Sequence record: SRR20825006_260
Strand: one strand, 5' to 3'
Length of the DNA: 48,782 nucleotides
Each line of letters starts with the position of its first letter. Position 1 is the first letter of the stretch. The translations under genes and the position numbers were made by a program. Below are positions 19,198 through 28,491 of this stretch, one piece after another. Under the pieces are notes generated by a model. That model did not search any database and was not told where the DNA came from. It saw only the letters and a list, made by a program, of their open reading frames with translations.

Positions 19198-20333
19198 CGA
19201 TCGACCTCCCCGATCTCGAAGGTCAGGCGTTTCCAGTCGATGCCGAACTGATCATCCCGCACGACGAGGATGATCTCCATCTGACATGGCGCCGCGTCGG
19301 GGCAAACCATGGCGAGGTTTCCGGTCAGGTCGAGCTCGTTTGGAAACTCGAGCAGCGGCCCATCCTCTTCTTCGTTCGGGATGGGAAAGGTGCCAGAGAA
19401 CGCGCTGTAGGTGAGCAGCTCGCGATCAGCGTACCACCCGAAGTCGAAGAACTCCTGACGCAAGGACTCGGGATCGATCGGCATCGCGTCTGGATCATTC
19501 TCATCGGGCTCCTCGACAACGATCGTATCGACCGCATCAGGGTCCATCACCGCGCGCACTTCATAACGATTCCCACGCGGGAGCGATGTGCCCTCGAGGG
19601 GACGCCACGCGTATTCTCCCTCTTCATCGACTTCCCAACCGAGCCTCTCTGCAACTCCATTTAATGAAGGTCTCACTTCGATCGTCTGTATACTCGGATT
19701 ACGAAGTGGATTCTCGGCAAGCGTCTCGACGAAGACGCTCTTCTTGGTGACCTGACTCCACCCTTCTCCCTCGACTTCGACGATGAGATCGATCTCGAAC
19801 CCAGCCTCGCACTGGAAGCTCTGGAGGTGGTCCTGAAGTTCGAGCGCGTCCTCGTCCGTCAACGTCGATAGCAGCCCGAGGAAGCATATGATCTCGGCGG
19901 TCTCTCCATCGATGCCGTGGGCAAAGGTCAGGCCCTCATCACCCTCGCTGGCGCCGATCTCGAAAGGAGGGACCACATCCCAGAACGACGCCTCGACCTC
20001 CTCGCCGAGGAAGTCTGTCAGCGTCTCGTTCATGCGCTCGATGTAAACCTCGCGCGTGATCGGGCACGCGTAATTATCTCTGGGGAGGACGCTATAAGGA
20101 CACCAGCGCCAGGTGTAGGAGATCGCCTGCTCTTCGGGGGTCCAGACAAGCGCCGAGAGCTCGGCGCCATCGGCGGGGATCGTTTGTGGGTCCGCCTTCA
20201 CGCCCAGAATTCGAGGGCGGTCGAGCTGATCATAGCGACCAGGATCGAGGTCATCGCACCCGCAAAAACAAAGCGCGAGCGCGCACAACACCGACATCGA
20301 CGCCCCCCTACGCATCCATACATTCCATTCCAT
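19194..20333 (-). CDS. lipoprotein associated with the TonB-dependent receptor
   Basis: Cys-ended hydrophobic signal (ALCFCGC), LDRPRILGVKADP and VVRDDQFGIDW motifs; 4-bp overlap with the receptor start. The true start may be 20315. Confidence 0.75.
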   Translation of the reverse strand: MEWNVWMRRGASMSVLCALALCFCGCDDLDPGRYDQLDRPRILGVKADPQTIPADGAELSALVWTPEEQAISYTWRWCPYSVLPRDNYACPITREVYIERMNETLTDFLGEEVEASFWDVVPPFEIGASEGDEGLTFAHGIDGETAEIICFLGLLSTLTDEDALELQDHLQSFQCEAGFEIDLIVEVEGEGWSQVTKKSVFVETLAENPLRNPSIQTIEVRPSLNGVAERLGWEVDEEGEYAWRPLEGTSLPRGNRYEVRAVMDPDAVDTIVVEEPDENDPDAMPIDPESLRQEFFDFGWYADRELLTYSAFSGTFPIPNEEEDGPLLEFPNELDLTGNLAMVCPDAAPCQMEIILVVRDDQFGIDWKRLTFEIGEVDR

Positions 20334-20511
20334 GCGAGAGCCTCTCTATTGGAGTAGTCGCGAGGAGGATAACCAATCGCGCCGGGCGACTCAATCTGCC
20401 GTCCAAGACAAAGCACCCACGGCTACTCTCGACCTCCACGAGACAATCGCGCCGAGATTTCCTAAAGTCATCTGCTCCAGGATTCCACGACCCGATTCTT
20501 CCGGCGTACAG

Positions 20512-22350
20512 ATGAACACCGACGCGCTCCTCGCCGCTCTGGAACATGATATTCGCACCTACTCTCCGAGCCGTTCGCTGTGGAAAGACATCTGCGAGCA
20601 GTACGCATCAGGCCTGGACGCGTTGGAGCAAGCTCGCGTCGAACAAGAGGTGCTGCCACAAGTCCTGGCATTGCTCGACGAGGAGTGGTTGCCCAGAGCG
20701 CGCATGTTGGAGTTGGAGAACACGCCAAAACCACATCCCTGGGAGCTCGGGAAAACGCTCTCCTACGACTGGGATTATCACCAGATGCACGGAGACGCGT
20801 TGAGCGAGGTTGTCGAATTGTGTCGTTCAGGGAGACTCGCGCATTACGAGACGCTCGTACTCGGGGAGCTCGGCGAAAAAAAGCTCGAGGAGCTCTTCGA
20901 CACCCTCGATGTGGGTTGCCCGAATGCGAGCACCATCCGGGTGTCGCTCTCAGATGCGCTCGATGATTGGAAGGCGAACATGCCCACGGTGTTCGAGTTG
21001 CTGGAGAAGTTTGTGCTCGGGCGCGCCGACAAACTTCACACGCTCGAAATCGTCGTCCCAGAACGCACGCGCAAGCGCTCGAAAATGATGTCTATATTTT
21101 GGGCGATGGTGACCTCGCTGATGCGAGGATTACCGAAGCTGCATCGCCTCGAGATGCACTTCGGACCATTCAACACGAACGTGCGCGATCGAGGGATGCT
21201 GAGCTCCTTCTTCGGTGAGATCGCGAACAGCACCATAAAGGAGCTCGGGTTGATCAACCTCGAGTCGTTGAGCCGCTCCTTTCTACTCGGCGAGCTCAGA
21301 GAACATCGCGACAAGTTCGAGTCGCTCGATGTGTTGCTGATCAACAGCCTGGGGAGCCTCTACAAGGACTTCTGGCACATGACGCGGTGGCTAAAGGAAG
21401 CCAGGCTCTTTCACAGCCGCCCCAGAGATCCATGGTGGTGGTTTCCCTGGGAAGATGAAGGATGGAAGCTCGAGTCGAATATCACCGAGGCCCAGCTCGC
21501 CGAAGATGGTAGCTCCATCACACTGATCGAACCTCACATCGACGAGATCGAGATCACCTGTGATCGCCATGGCTTATGGCTCGATGAACTCGGTATTCTG
21601 TTGGGCGATGAAACAACCCCGAGGCGCCACGAGCAGATCACCGAGGTGCTCGTCTGGGAGCCTACTGCCGAGAGCTTGGCCTTCTTTCTGAAGCACGCAC
21701 CCGCCGCGTTTCCAAACCTCGAATCACTGAAACTAAAATGCCGAGGAGGTATTTTTCCGCCAGAAGAAGACCTCCCCGAGAAGTGCTGGCCAAAGCTCGA
21801 GCTTTTGGCCATCGAATGCGGATGGGGCAAGGAACTGCTCGAACGCACGAGCTTTCCCGAGCTGCATACGTTGCACCTCGGACACTTTGACATGGCGGAT
21901 ATCGATACGTTGTGCGCGCGCCACGGCTCCTTGCCAAAGCTCGAGAAGCTCGAACTCTACGACTACAACATCAACGATGATGGTGTGCGTACGGACCTGA
22001 TCTTCGTGAGGTTGCGCGAGGCAGGCGTGCTCGGGCGGCTGAAGCACTTCTACATGGACATCAAGGAAGTGGGCGATAACCGTGAAGCAGCCTGCACGAT
22101 CGCAGACCTGGTCTTTGGCGATGAGCTCCCGCTTGGGTGGCGCCGAGAACTCTTCGAGGCGATCCGCGAACCAGCGACAAAGAAGGTGCTCTATACGCTG
22201 CTGCGCCACACCGGCGCGGCGGTCAACTCGAAGATGTCTCGAGAAGAGCTCGACAGGATATGGCCTGAACATGTGCCAGATGAACTCTGGAGCTTCGACT
22301 GGTCCGAGATCTCACATATCAATGACCTGACGCAGTACGATTGTTTTTGA
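20512..22350 (+). CDS. leucine-rich-repeat-like hypothetical protein
   Basis: Repeated (F/W/L)PxLxxLxL units (LPKLHRLEM, FPNLESLKL, WPKLELLAI, FPELHTLHL, LPKLEKLEL). Start set at ATG 20512. Confidence 0.7.
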   Translation: MNTDALLAALEHDIRTYSPSRSLWKDICEQYASGLDALEQARVEQEVLPQVLALLDEEWLPRARMLELENTPKPHPWELGKTLSYDWDYHQMHGDALSEVVELCRSGRLAHYETLVLGELGEKKLEELFDTLDVGCPNASTIRVSLSDALDDWKANMPTVFELLEKFVLGRADKLHTLEIVVPERTRKRSKMMSIFWAMVTSLMRGLPKLHRLEMHFGPFNTNVRDRGMLSSFFGEIANSTIKELGLINLESLSRSFLLGELREHRDKFESLDVLLINSLGSLYKDFWHMTRWLKEARLFHSRPRDPWWWFPWEDEGWKLESNITEAQLAEDGSSITLIEPHIDEIEITCDRHGLWLDELGILLGDETTPRRHEQITEVLVWEPTAESLAFFLKHAPAAFPNLESLKLKCRGGIFPPEEDLPEKCWPKLELLAIECGWGKELLERTSFPELHTLHLGHFDMADIDTLCARHGSLPKLEKLELYDYNINDDGVRTDLIFVRLREAGVLGRLKHFYMDIKEVGDNREAACTIADLVFGDELPLGWRRELFEAIREPATKKVLYTLLRHTGAAVNSKMSREELDRIWPEHVPDELWSFDWSEISHINDLTQYDCF

Positions 22351-22380
22351 TCACTCACGATTGCCAGCAGGTACCCTCGA

Positions 22381-23187
22381 ATGAAACAGATGATGTTGGA
22401 CTACCAAGGCGTCCGCGACGCGGCTCACATCTCGAAGCTCCTCGGCATCGGAGAGAAAACGCCGAAGATCCACGGGGAGATCGAAGAGATCTTCCTGGTG
22501 GCCGGGTCGATCCATATCTTCTCGCTCTTTGTCAGGCACGCGCCCGAGGTCTTCCCGAACTTGCGGAGCTTGCATATCGACAAGCCTGTCCTCGTGGGAG
22601 AGCTACGAGGAGCGCACATCGACGACACCGACGGCGCGCCGTGGCCAGCGCTCGAGCACTTCGAAATCAACGCGACCCACGAGGACATCGCCGTCCTGCT
22701 CGAACAGTACGAGTTCCCGAAGCTGCAAACCCTGAAGTGCTCCAACGTCCCGTTTTCATGTGTCGAGGCGATCATCGAGTACCATAGCTCCTGGCCAGAG
22801 TTTCGCGCGTTGAGCGTGAGCACTCATCAGGCGCCGACGCACCAGCTCTTTAGCGCGTTGCGTGATGCGGGGCTGTTCGATCGTCTGGACAGGTTGGAGC
22901 TTTCATACCGAACCGTCGGAAAGGATCGTGAAGCCGCCTGCGCGACCGCAGACCTTGCCCTCGACGAGAGCATCCCCGAGCCCTGGCGCCAGCACCTCTT
23001 CAAGGCGATTCTTGCGCCCGGTTATAAACCGATACTTTACGCCATCCTCAAGCACGTCGACGCGCCAGTGCACTCGAAGATGAACAAGTCCGAATTGCAA
23101 AAGGTGTACGAGGAGTTCTTTCCAAAGGAGCTGTTTCGCTTCCAGGCCGAAGGCCCCTTCGACCTGACAGCATTCGAGAACTTTTGA
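22381..23187 (+). CDS. LRR-like protein, paralogue of the C-terminal half of the upstream gene
   Basis: Colinear matches to the upstream protein: HAPEVFPNL/HAPAAFPNL, VGKDREAAC/VGDNREAAC, VHSKMNKSEL/VNSKMSREEL. Confidence 0.75.
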   Translation: MKQMMLDYQGVRDAAHISKLLGIGEKTPKIHGEIEEIFLVAGSIHIFSLFVRHAPEVFPNLRSLHIDKPVLVGELRGAHIDDTDGAPWPALEHFEINATHEDIAVLLEQYEFPKLQTLKCSNVPFSCVEAIIEYHSSWPEFRALSVSTHQAPTHQLFSALRDAGLFDRLDRLELSYRTVGKDREAACATADLALDESIPEPWRQHLFKAILAPGYKPILYAILKHVDAPVHSKMNKSELQKVYEEFFPKELFRFQAEGPFDLTAFENF

Positions 23188-23199
23188 TCCGCGGTGGTT

Positions 23200-24039
23200 C
23201 TACGAGTTCGCTCGAGCGAACTCGTGCGCGAGGATGGCGCGCTTTCTCGAACCTCCCCAACGATAGCCGCTCAGCGAGGCGTCCTTTCGCAAGACGCGAT
23301 GACAGGGGATCAAGTAGGCGATGGAGTTTCGCCCGATCGCCTGCCCCACGGCTCGTGATGCCTTTGGCTTGCCGATGCTGTTTGCCACCTGATCGTAGCT
23401 CGCGACCTGGCCAGCAGGGATGCGAAGCAGCGCCTCCCACACCTTGAGTTGGAAGTTCGTGCCCTTGACGACCATCGAGAGCGGCTCGTCAGGTTGCTCC
23501 TCGATCGGCGAGAAGATGCGTTCGCTCCACGCGCTCGCCGCATCCTGATCCTCGATCAAGGTCGCCTCTCCCCAATCCCGGGTGATGATCTCGAGAGGTT
23601 CATCCTCGGATGACAGGAACGAGAGAGCGCACACGCCGCGCTCGGTCCAGCCGATGACGGATTGCCCGAAAGGCCCCGGCGAGGAGCCCCACCTGACCTC
23701 GACGCCTCGCCCGGCGCGAGCGTACTCGCCAGGCGTCATCGCCTCGATGGAGACAAACAGATCGTGCAGGCGGCTCGGGCCAGAGAGCCCGACCTCGAGC
23801 GAGGTGTCGAGCACGCTGCGCGACTTGCCGAGCAAATCGCGCGCATGTTCCAGCGTCAAGCCTTGCAAGAACCTCTTGGGGCTCACGCCGACCCAGCGCT
23901 GAAACAACTTCTGCGCGTGCGCGGGGCTTAAATCCATGAAGTCCGCGAGCTCTTCGAGCGAAGGTTGCTCGAACCTGTTCGCCTCGAGGTGCTCGATCGC
24001 CGCGGCGACGCGTTCGTAGTCCTGGTTCGCCTGCTCCAT
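23200..24039 (-). CDS. bifunctional AraC-type HTH / O6-methylguanine-DNA methyltransferase (Ada-like)
   Basis: HTH region FQRWVGVSPKRF and GLSGPSRLHDLF; GTNFQLKVWEAL; active site IPCHRV. ATG 24039 follows GAGGAG. Confidence 0.92.
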   Translation of the reverse strand: MEQANQDYERVAAAIEHLEANRFEQPSLEELADFMDLSPAHAQKLFQRWVGVSPKRFLQGLTLEHARDLLGKSRSVLDTSLEVGLSGPSRLHDLFVSIEAMTPGEYARAGRGVEVRWGSSPGPFGQSVIGWTERGVCALSFLSSEDEPLEIITRDWGEATLIEDQDAASAWSERIFSPIEEQPDEPLSMVVKGTNFQLKVWEALLRIPAGQVASYDQVANSIGKPKASRAVGQAIGRNSIAYLIPCHRVLRKDASLSGYRWGGSRKRAILAHEFARANS

Positions 24040-24144
24040 CTCTATCACTCCTCGTCTCGGTGTTCTGACCATCGCGTCGATGACGACGAGAAAAATGGCG
24101 CCTGGGCGAAGACAAAACCACCCGGTTCTTGTGGTCAGCAAAGT

Positions 24145-25401
24145 TTATTGCGAGACCACGCGGCCAATCTCGACCTCGGTCGTGACCGACTGATAACTCT
24201 CGCTGCCACCGACGATGTAGTAGGCGCCATTGTAGAAAGGAGCTTGATGCATGTGCGAGCGACCGAGCGTGAAGGCGTGCTGCGTTTTCGAGACCATCCC
24301 AGCAGGAGAGTCCAGGTCGTAACAGACCATCGCGTTGCTGTAATCATAGCCGGACAACGGCACTGACATCAGCCCACCGAGGCGGCACACGCAATCTTCG
24401 GAAAGCGTCGCAGCCATGGTCGAGAGTCCGACGTTGTCCTCCAAAAACACCTCCCATTCACCGGGGTCTCCTGTCTGGGGATCGATCCTGGCGCGCACGA
24501 TATCCTGGTGGTTCATCGTCGCGTTCTGGAAAGGGTTCCCGCTGAACCCATGCAGCAGGTACAGGTGACCGTCATGCACGAAGCTCGCGTGGTGCGAGCG
24601 AGCTTCGGGGAGCGAGGCTTCTCGCCAGGAGGTCACGTGACTCTCCTCGTCGAGTTCACCGATAAAGAGGCTGCTCTGCGCCTGACCAGAACCTGTCAAA
24701 CCACCGCTGACGTAGACGCGATCTCCAGACACGGCGGCGGCGCCATGAAACCTGGGTGCAGGGAGCGGCGTGGTCTCCTCGAAGCCAGTGATTTCCCCAT
24801 CCTCACCGTGCGTGCTGACCAGCACCGTTTGGACCATGCCCCGAGCATCTCGACCGCCGAGAAAGAGGTGTTTGTCGCGGTGAGGAGCATACGCCATGCC
24901 CCCTCTGACGTAAGGCAACTTCGGCGCTTGCTCCCACTCGCCGAGTTCGTTGTTCTCGAGGATCGGCGCGCGCCAGTGATCGTCGAACAAGCCTCTGTAA
25001 TTCGTCCCCGAGATCACATGGAGCGATGCCCCCTGAGGCATCTGGTGGATGAACGTGACGTGGTGATCTCTTGCGGCTCCTGCGAACTCGGTGCCGCTGC
25101 TCCAGCTCCACTCGCGACCGCATGACGTCTCGGCCACAGGACCCATATCACTCGAGAGCATATCCTCTTCGACAGGCATATCCAGCGCGGGTGACATGTC
25201 CGCGAGATCTGCTTCATCGCCAAGATCATCGCCAGCATCCGCCACCTCGCCAGCGAGATCGCCGAGATCGTCGCCAGCATCCGCGCCTGTCCCGAGATCG
25301 ATCAGCGTGACCGTCTCGGGAGGTTGCTCTTCGGGAGGCTGGGAGCATCCTGTGATGAGGAGCGCGACGCAGCACAACGGTACAATCGAAACATACTTCA
25401 T
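24145..25401 (-). CDS. Kelch-repeat beta-propeller lipoprotein
   Basis: Lipobox ITGC, D(A/L/M)G-rich linker, and Kelch-type units APRFHGAAAVSGDRVYVSGG, ARSHHASFVHDGHLYLLHG and GAYYIVGG. Confidence 0.8.
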   Translation of the reverse strand: MKYVSIVPLCCVALLITGCSQPPEEQPPETVTLIDLGTGADAGDDLGDLAGEVADAGDDLGDEADLADMSPALDMPVEEDMLSSDMGPVAETSCGREWSWSSGTEFAGAARDHHVTFIHQMPQGASLHVISGTNYRGLFDDHWRAPILENNELGEWEQAPKLPYVRGGMAYAPHRDKHLFLGGRDARGMVQTVLVSTHGEDGEITGFEETTPLPAPRFHGAAAVSGDRVYVSGGLTGSGQAQSSLFIGELDEESHVTSWREASLPEARSHHASFVHDGHLYLLHGFSGNPFQNATMNHQDIVRARIDPQTGDPGEWEVFLEDNVGLSTMAATLSEDCVCRLGGLMSVPLSGYDYSNAMVCYDLDSPAGMVSKTQHAFTLGRSHMHQAPFYNGAYYIVGGSESYQSVTTEVEIGRVVSQ

Positions 25402-25461
25402 GATCGAACCTCGAAATCAAAAAACCATGAATGGCGTATCCGAGGTTTGAACAGAGCAAGG

Positions 25462-25486
25462 CGTGTGCCGTTAGAAACGGCACACG
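25462..25486 (-). terminator. stem-loop downstream of btaB
   Basis: CGTGTGCCGTT-aga-AACGGCACACG, an 11-bp stem about 26 bp past the btaB stop. Confidence 0.5.
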
Positions 25487-25512
25487 ATTCTACGAAAACG
25501 AGAAGGAGGATA

Positions 25513-26142
25513 TCACTCGGCCAGTGGGGGGATCCTGGCGATGACGAAGTAGCGCCCGGGGCCATACTCGATGTTGTCAGTGAACTGGCTCAGGAAGTCA
25601 TGATCGAGCGGCTGGACGTGGAAGGCCTCGAGCCACTTGCGCAGCGCGGGACCGAATGGTTTTGGCAACCCGGACAGGTCTGCGAAGTCGACGATCACGA
25701 CCTCGCCGCGCGGCGAGAGGCTTTGCCTGGCGCGCTCGATCGCCGCCTCGCGCTCCTGGACCATGGAGAGGCAGTAGGAGAAGAGGACGCGATCAGGGCG
25801 GCGCCCGAGCAAGCTCGTGTAATCGGTGTCCTCGGCAAAGCCCTGCTTCCAGTGAATGCCGGGGACGCGCTTCTTGGCGTATTCGAGCATCGCGTCGCTG
25901 GCCTCGACGCCACCGAGCAAGATGTTGGACTTGCTCGCCTGGATCTTGCGCAGGTTGCGCCCGGTGCCAGGGCCGATCTCGACGAGCGTGTGCCAGGACT
26001 GCTGCGAGAGCTGCTCGAGCACGCGGTCTCGCCCGAACAGATAGTACTTGCGCGTCACGTCATAGAACCAACGCGAGGCGCCGTAGTACTTGTTCAGAAA
26101 GTCGCGGTGCTCGGTTTGTTGTGCTGCTTGAGGCTCGGTCAT
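25513..26142 (-). CDS. btaB: SAM:diacylglycerylhomoserine N-methyltransferase (betaine lipid synthesis)
   Basis: YDVTRKYYLFGRD, EIGPGTGRNL, FSYCLSM, IVDF and WLEAFHV motifs; overlaps the btaA stop. Confidence 0.8.
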   Translation of the reverse strand: MTEPQAAQQTEHRDFLNKYYGASRWFYDVTRKYYLFGRDRVLEQLSQQSWHTLVEIGPGTGRNLRKIQASKSNILLGGVEASDAMLEYAKKRVPGIHWKQGFAEDTDYTSLLGRRPDRVLFSYCLSMVQEREAAIERARQSLSPRGEVVIVDFADLSGLPKPFGPALRKWLEAFHVQPLDHDFLSQFTDNIEYGPGRYFVIARIPPLAE

Positions 26143-27272
26143 GACGCGTGCGAGATCCTGTAGAAGTGAACGTGGCGATACTGGCGCGAGCGGTCGAGAT
26201 CAGTCGCGATCTTGGACTCGTTGTCCATGCGCTTGAAGTGGCCATGGAAGCCCAGGCGATCGACGAGGCAGTCATCCTCGACGGTGCGATACAACATCAC
26301 GGCGCCATCCTTGCTGGTGCGAAGGATCTCTTCGAGCAGTTGGCGCTGGAGCTCTGGCGGCAACCAGTCAGGCATGTCGCACAAGGTGTAGTGCGTCCAG
26401 GTCTTACGAGGCGCCTCGCCCATGACGCTGAACAGGTTGCGGTGGTGATAACGCACACGCGTCGGCGCATGGATCGAGCGCTCCCAGCGCGACTTGCGCA
26501 GGTAGGGAGGCACGGCGTCATCGCGGTCGTGATTGTAATGACCCGCGACGTTCAGCCAGGCAAACCAGTTGGTGTCGAGGTCGGTGACCACGATGCGGCG
26601 CAGGTGGTGCATGATGAAGTCGACCATATTCTGGGCGCCTTCGGCCTCGAGCATCCGCTCTTTTTGCTCGTAGTTCACGCCGAGCGAGATCAACTGGATC
26701 GGCGAGCTGGTGGCGGCCTTGATCAAGGGGCGCTCGAAGACAGGCCCGATGACCTCGTTGATGCTGGCGATGCGCTGTTCGTTGGTCTTGGCCGCGAGCG
26801 AGCGCAGGTAATCGGCGTCCAGGCCGACAATGTTGCGCAAGATCTTGAGGGACTCGGCTGTCAGGCCTTTCTCGTAGAAGTTCGAGGAGAAGCGCTCGTG
26901 GTGACGCTTCCAATAACGCTGCACCCAGTGCGGCATGTAGTGGGCGATCTGTTTGACGACCTCGTAGGGGTCCTGCACGGCGCCATGGCCGAGCAAATCG
27001 TAGAAGGTCTTGTAGGGGGTGAGGCGTTGCGCGGCGGTGATTTTCAGGGCAGCGAGCGCGAGGTGGTGTTGGTTGATATCGACCGCATCGAGGCTGCGCG
27101 CGCGGCGGCTGACCATGCCTGCGACGCCGCACCCTGCACCAGTGATACTCAACACGTTGGAGTCCTCGTCCACCCCGAGGAAGCGCTCGTCGACCTCCGA
27201 ATCCTCGAAGAGGATGTTGTAGACGAAGATCTTGCTAAAGGTGCTCTGGAAAAGAATATCCCGCAACCTCAT
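26139..27272 (-). CDS. btaA: SAM:diacylglycerol 3-amino-3-carboxypropyl transferase (DUF3419/BtaA)
   Basis: VYNILFEDSEVD, SITGAGC, AVDINQHHLAL..LK, NWFAW, PPYL and DMPDW motifs; paired with a BtaB-like gene. ATG 27272 follows AGGAG. Confidence 0.8.
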   Translation of the reverse strand: MRLRDILFQSTFSKIFVYNILFEDSEVDERFLGVDEDSNVLSITGAGCGVAGMVSRRARSLDAVDINQHHLALAALKITAAQRLTPYKTFYDLLGHGAVQDPYEVVKQIAHYMPHWVQRYWKRHHERFSSNFYEKGLTAESLKILRNIVGLDADYLRSLAAKTNEQRIASINEVIGPVFERPLIKAATSSPIQLISLGVNYEQKERMLEAEGAQNMVDFIMHHLRRIVVTDLDTNWFAWLNVAGHYNHDRDDAVPPYLRKSRWERSIHAPTRVRYHHRNLFSVMGEAPRKTWTHYTLCDMPDWLPPELQRQLLEEILRTSKDGAVMLYRTVEDDCLVDRLGFHGHFKRMDNESKIATDLDRSRQYRHVHFYRISHAS

Positions 27273-27455
27273 GACCGGGCTCCTGTGGCTGGTTATAGTT
27301 GAAGCATCGCTCCGAGCCAAATAGAGCGCCCCCATGAAGTCGAGGTTCGGCACACGAACCGCGAGAAACAACGTGGCGTACGGAAATACCGCGCACCCAC
27401 AACCTTCATGATGTAGCGCGCACAAACCCTCTTTCACCCTGTACCCGGGTGTCAA

Positions 27456-27484
27456 TTGAAATTTTCGTGACAAAATCACGACTT
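27456..27484 (-). promoter_or_regulatory. putative Pho box upstream of btaAB
   Basis: The minus strand reads AAGTCGT-GATT-TTGTCAC-GAAA-ATTTCAA: three CTGTCAT-like heptamers at an 11-bp period, about 185 bp upstream of btaA. Confidence 0.45.
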
Positions 27485-27609
27485 CAGGCAGAAGCCGTGC
27501 GCTCGACATGTGCCAGACAGGCGCGCGAAAAAAGTCGCTCGAGGAGGGTTTTCATGAGGCGAGAGCGCACCTGAGCAGGTGCGCTCTCGCCTCACTCGAA
27601 GGGGGATGC

Positions 27610-28329
27610 TCAACCGGCTGTGTTGCCAGCCTCGAGCGCGTGCACCTGGGTGGAGAGCTCGAGCTTGGAGATCTCCTCGGAGAACTTCTCGGGGGTGCCC
27701 GTCAGCAGACCGAAGGTGCCGTAGTGGCAAGGGATCGCGTGCGCGACATCGAGCAGGCGGCAAGCGTGCGCGGCATGGAGCGGCCCCATCGTGAAGTGAT
27801 CGCCGATCGGGAGGATCGCCACGTCGGGTTGCTCGATCTGGCCGATGAGCGCCATATCACCGAAGAGGCAAGTGTCACCGGCGATGTAGAACTTCTTGCC
27901 GTTGGAGAAGGTGAGCACGAAGCCGGCCGGCTCGCCGAGGTAGACGATCTGCCCGTCATCGTTGAACGAGGAGGAGTGGTGCGCGTTGGTCATGTGCACG
28001 GTCACATCCAGCCCGTCGAGCGCGATGGTCCCGCCCTTGTTCATGCCGACGAGCTTCTCCTCTGGCACACCCTTGATGCCGAGCCACGTGGTCAAATCGA
28101 AGATCCCCACGATCGGGCCACTGCAACGCTCGTGCGCGGTGAACACATCCGCGATGTGATCGCCGTGGCCGTGCGTGATGAGGATCGCGTCGACTTCGAC
28201 CTCGTGGAACTCCTCGGGACACGAGGGGTTATTGGCGAGGAAGGGATCGACGAGGATCTTTTTGCCCTCGGGCGTCTCGAACAAAAACGTCGCGTGACCG
28301 AGCCAGGTTACCTTTACACCACCGAACAT
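27610..28329 (-). CDS. metallo-beta-lactamase-fold metal-dependent hydrolase (UPF0173-like)
   Basis: TWLGHA, LVDPFL, THGHGDH, AHHSS, YIAGDT, LPIGD-FTMG and IPCHYGTF. AGGAGG RBS before ATG 28329. Confidence 0.9.
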   Translation of the reverse strand: MFGGVKVTWLGHATFLFETPEGKKILVDPFLANNPSCPEEFHEVEVDAILITHGHGDHIADVFTAHERCSGPIVGIFDLTTWLGIKGVPEEKLVGMNKGGTIALDGLDVTVHMTNAHHSSSFNDDGQIVYLGEPAGFVLTFSNGKKFYIAGDTCLFGDMALIGQIEQPDVAILPIGDHFTMGPLHAAHACRLLDVAHAIPCHYGTFGLLTGTPEKFSEEISKLELSTQVHALEAGNTAG

Positions 28330-28491
28330 GCATACCTCCTGATTGTTGTCTGATTCCATGACGTCGAACGCATGACACACACGCCGCGCACGCCCTCTTC
28401 GATGTCGAGTCGATGCGCGCGAACGTACCACAAGTTCCATTCGCAACGAATGATAGTCCGCTTCAGAGATGCGTCCAGTGGCGCGCGAGGT

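Noticed and set aside
23200-24039. Ada-like protein lacking the N-terminal Zn-binding domain as a novelty
   Set aside because: HTH plus methyltransferase without the Zn domain is a common, known architecture.
26148-27302. 384-aa plus-strand ORF
   Set aside because: Antisense shadow of btaA.
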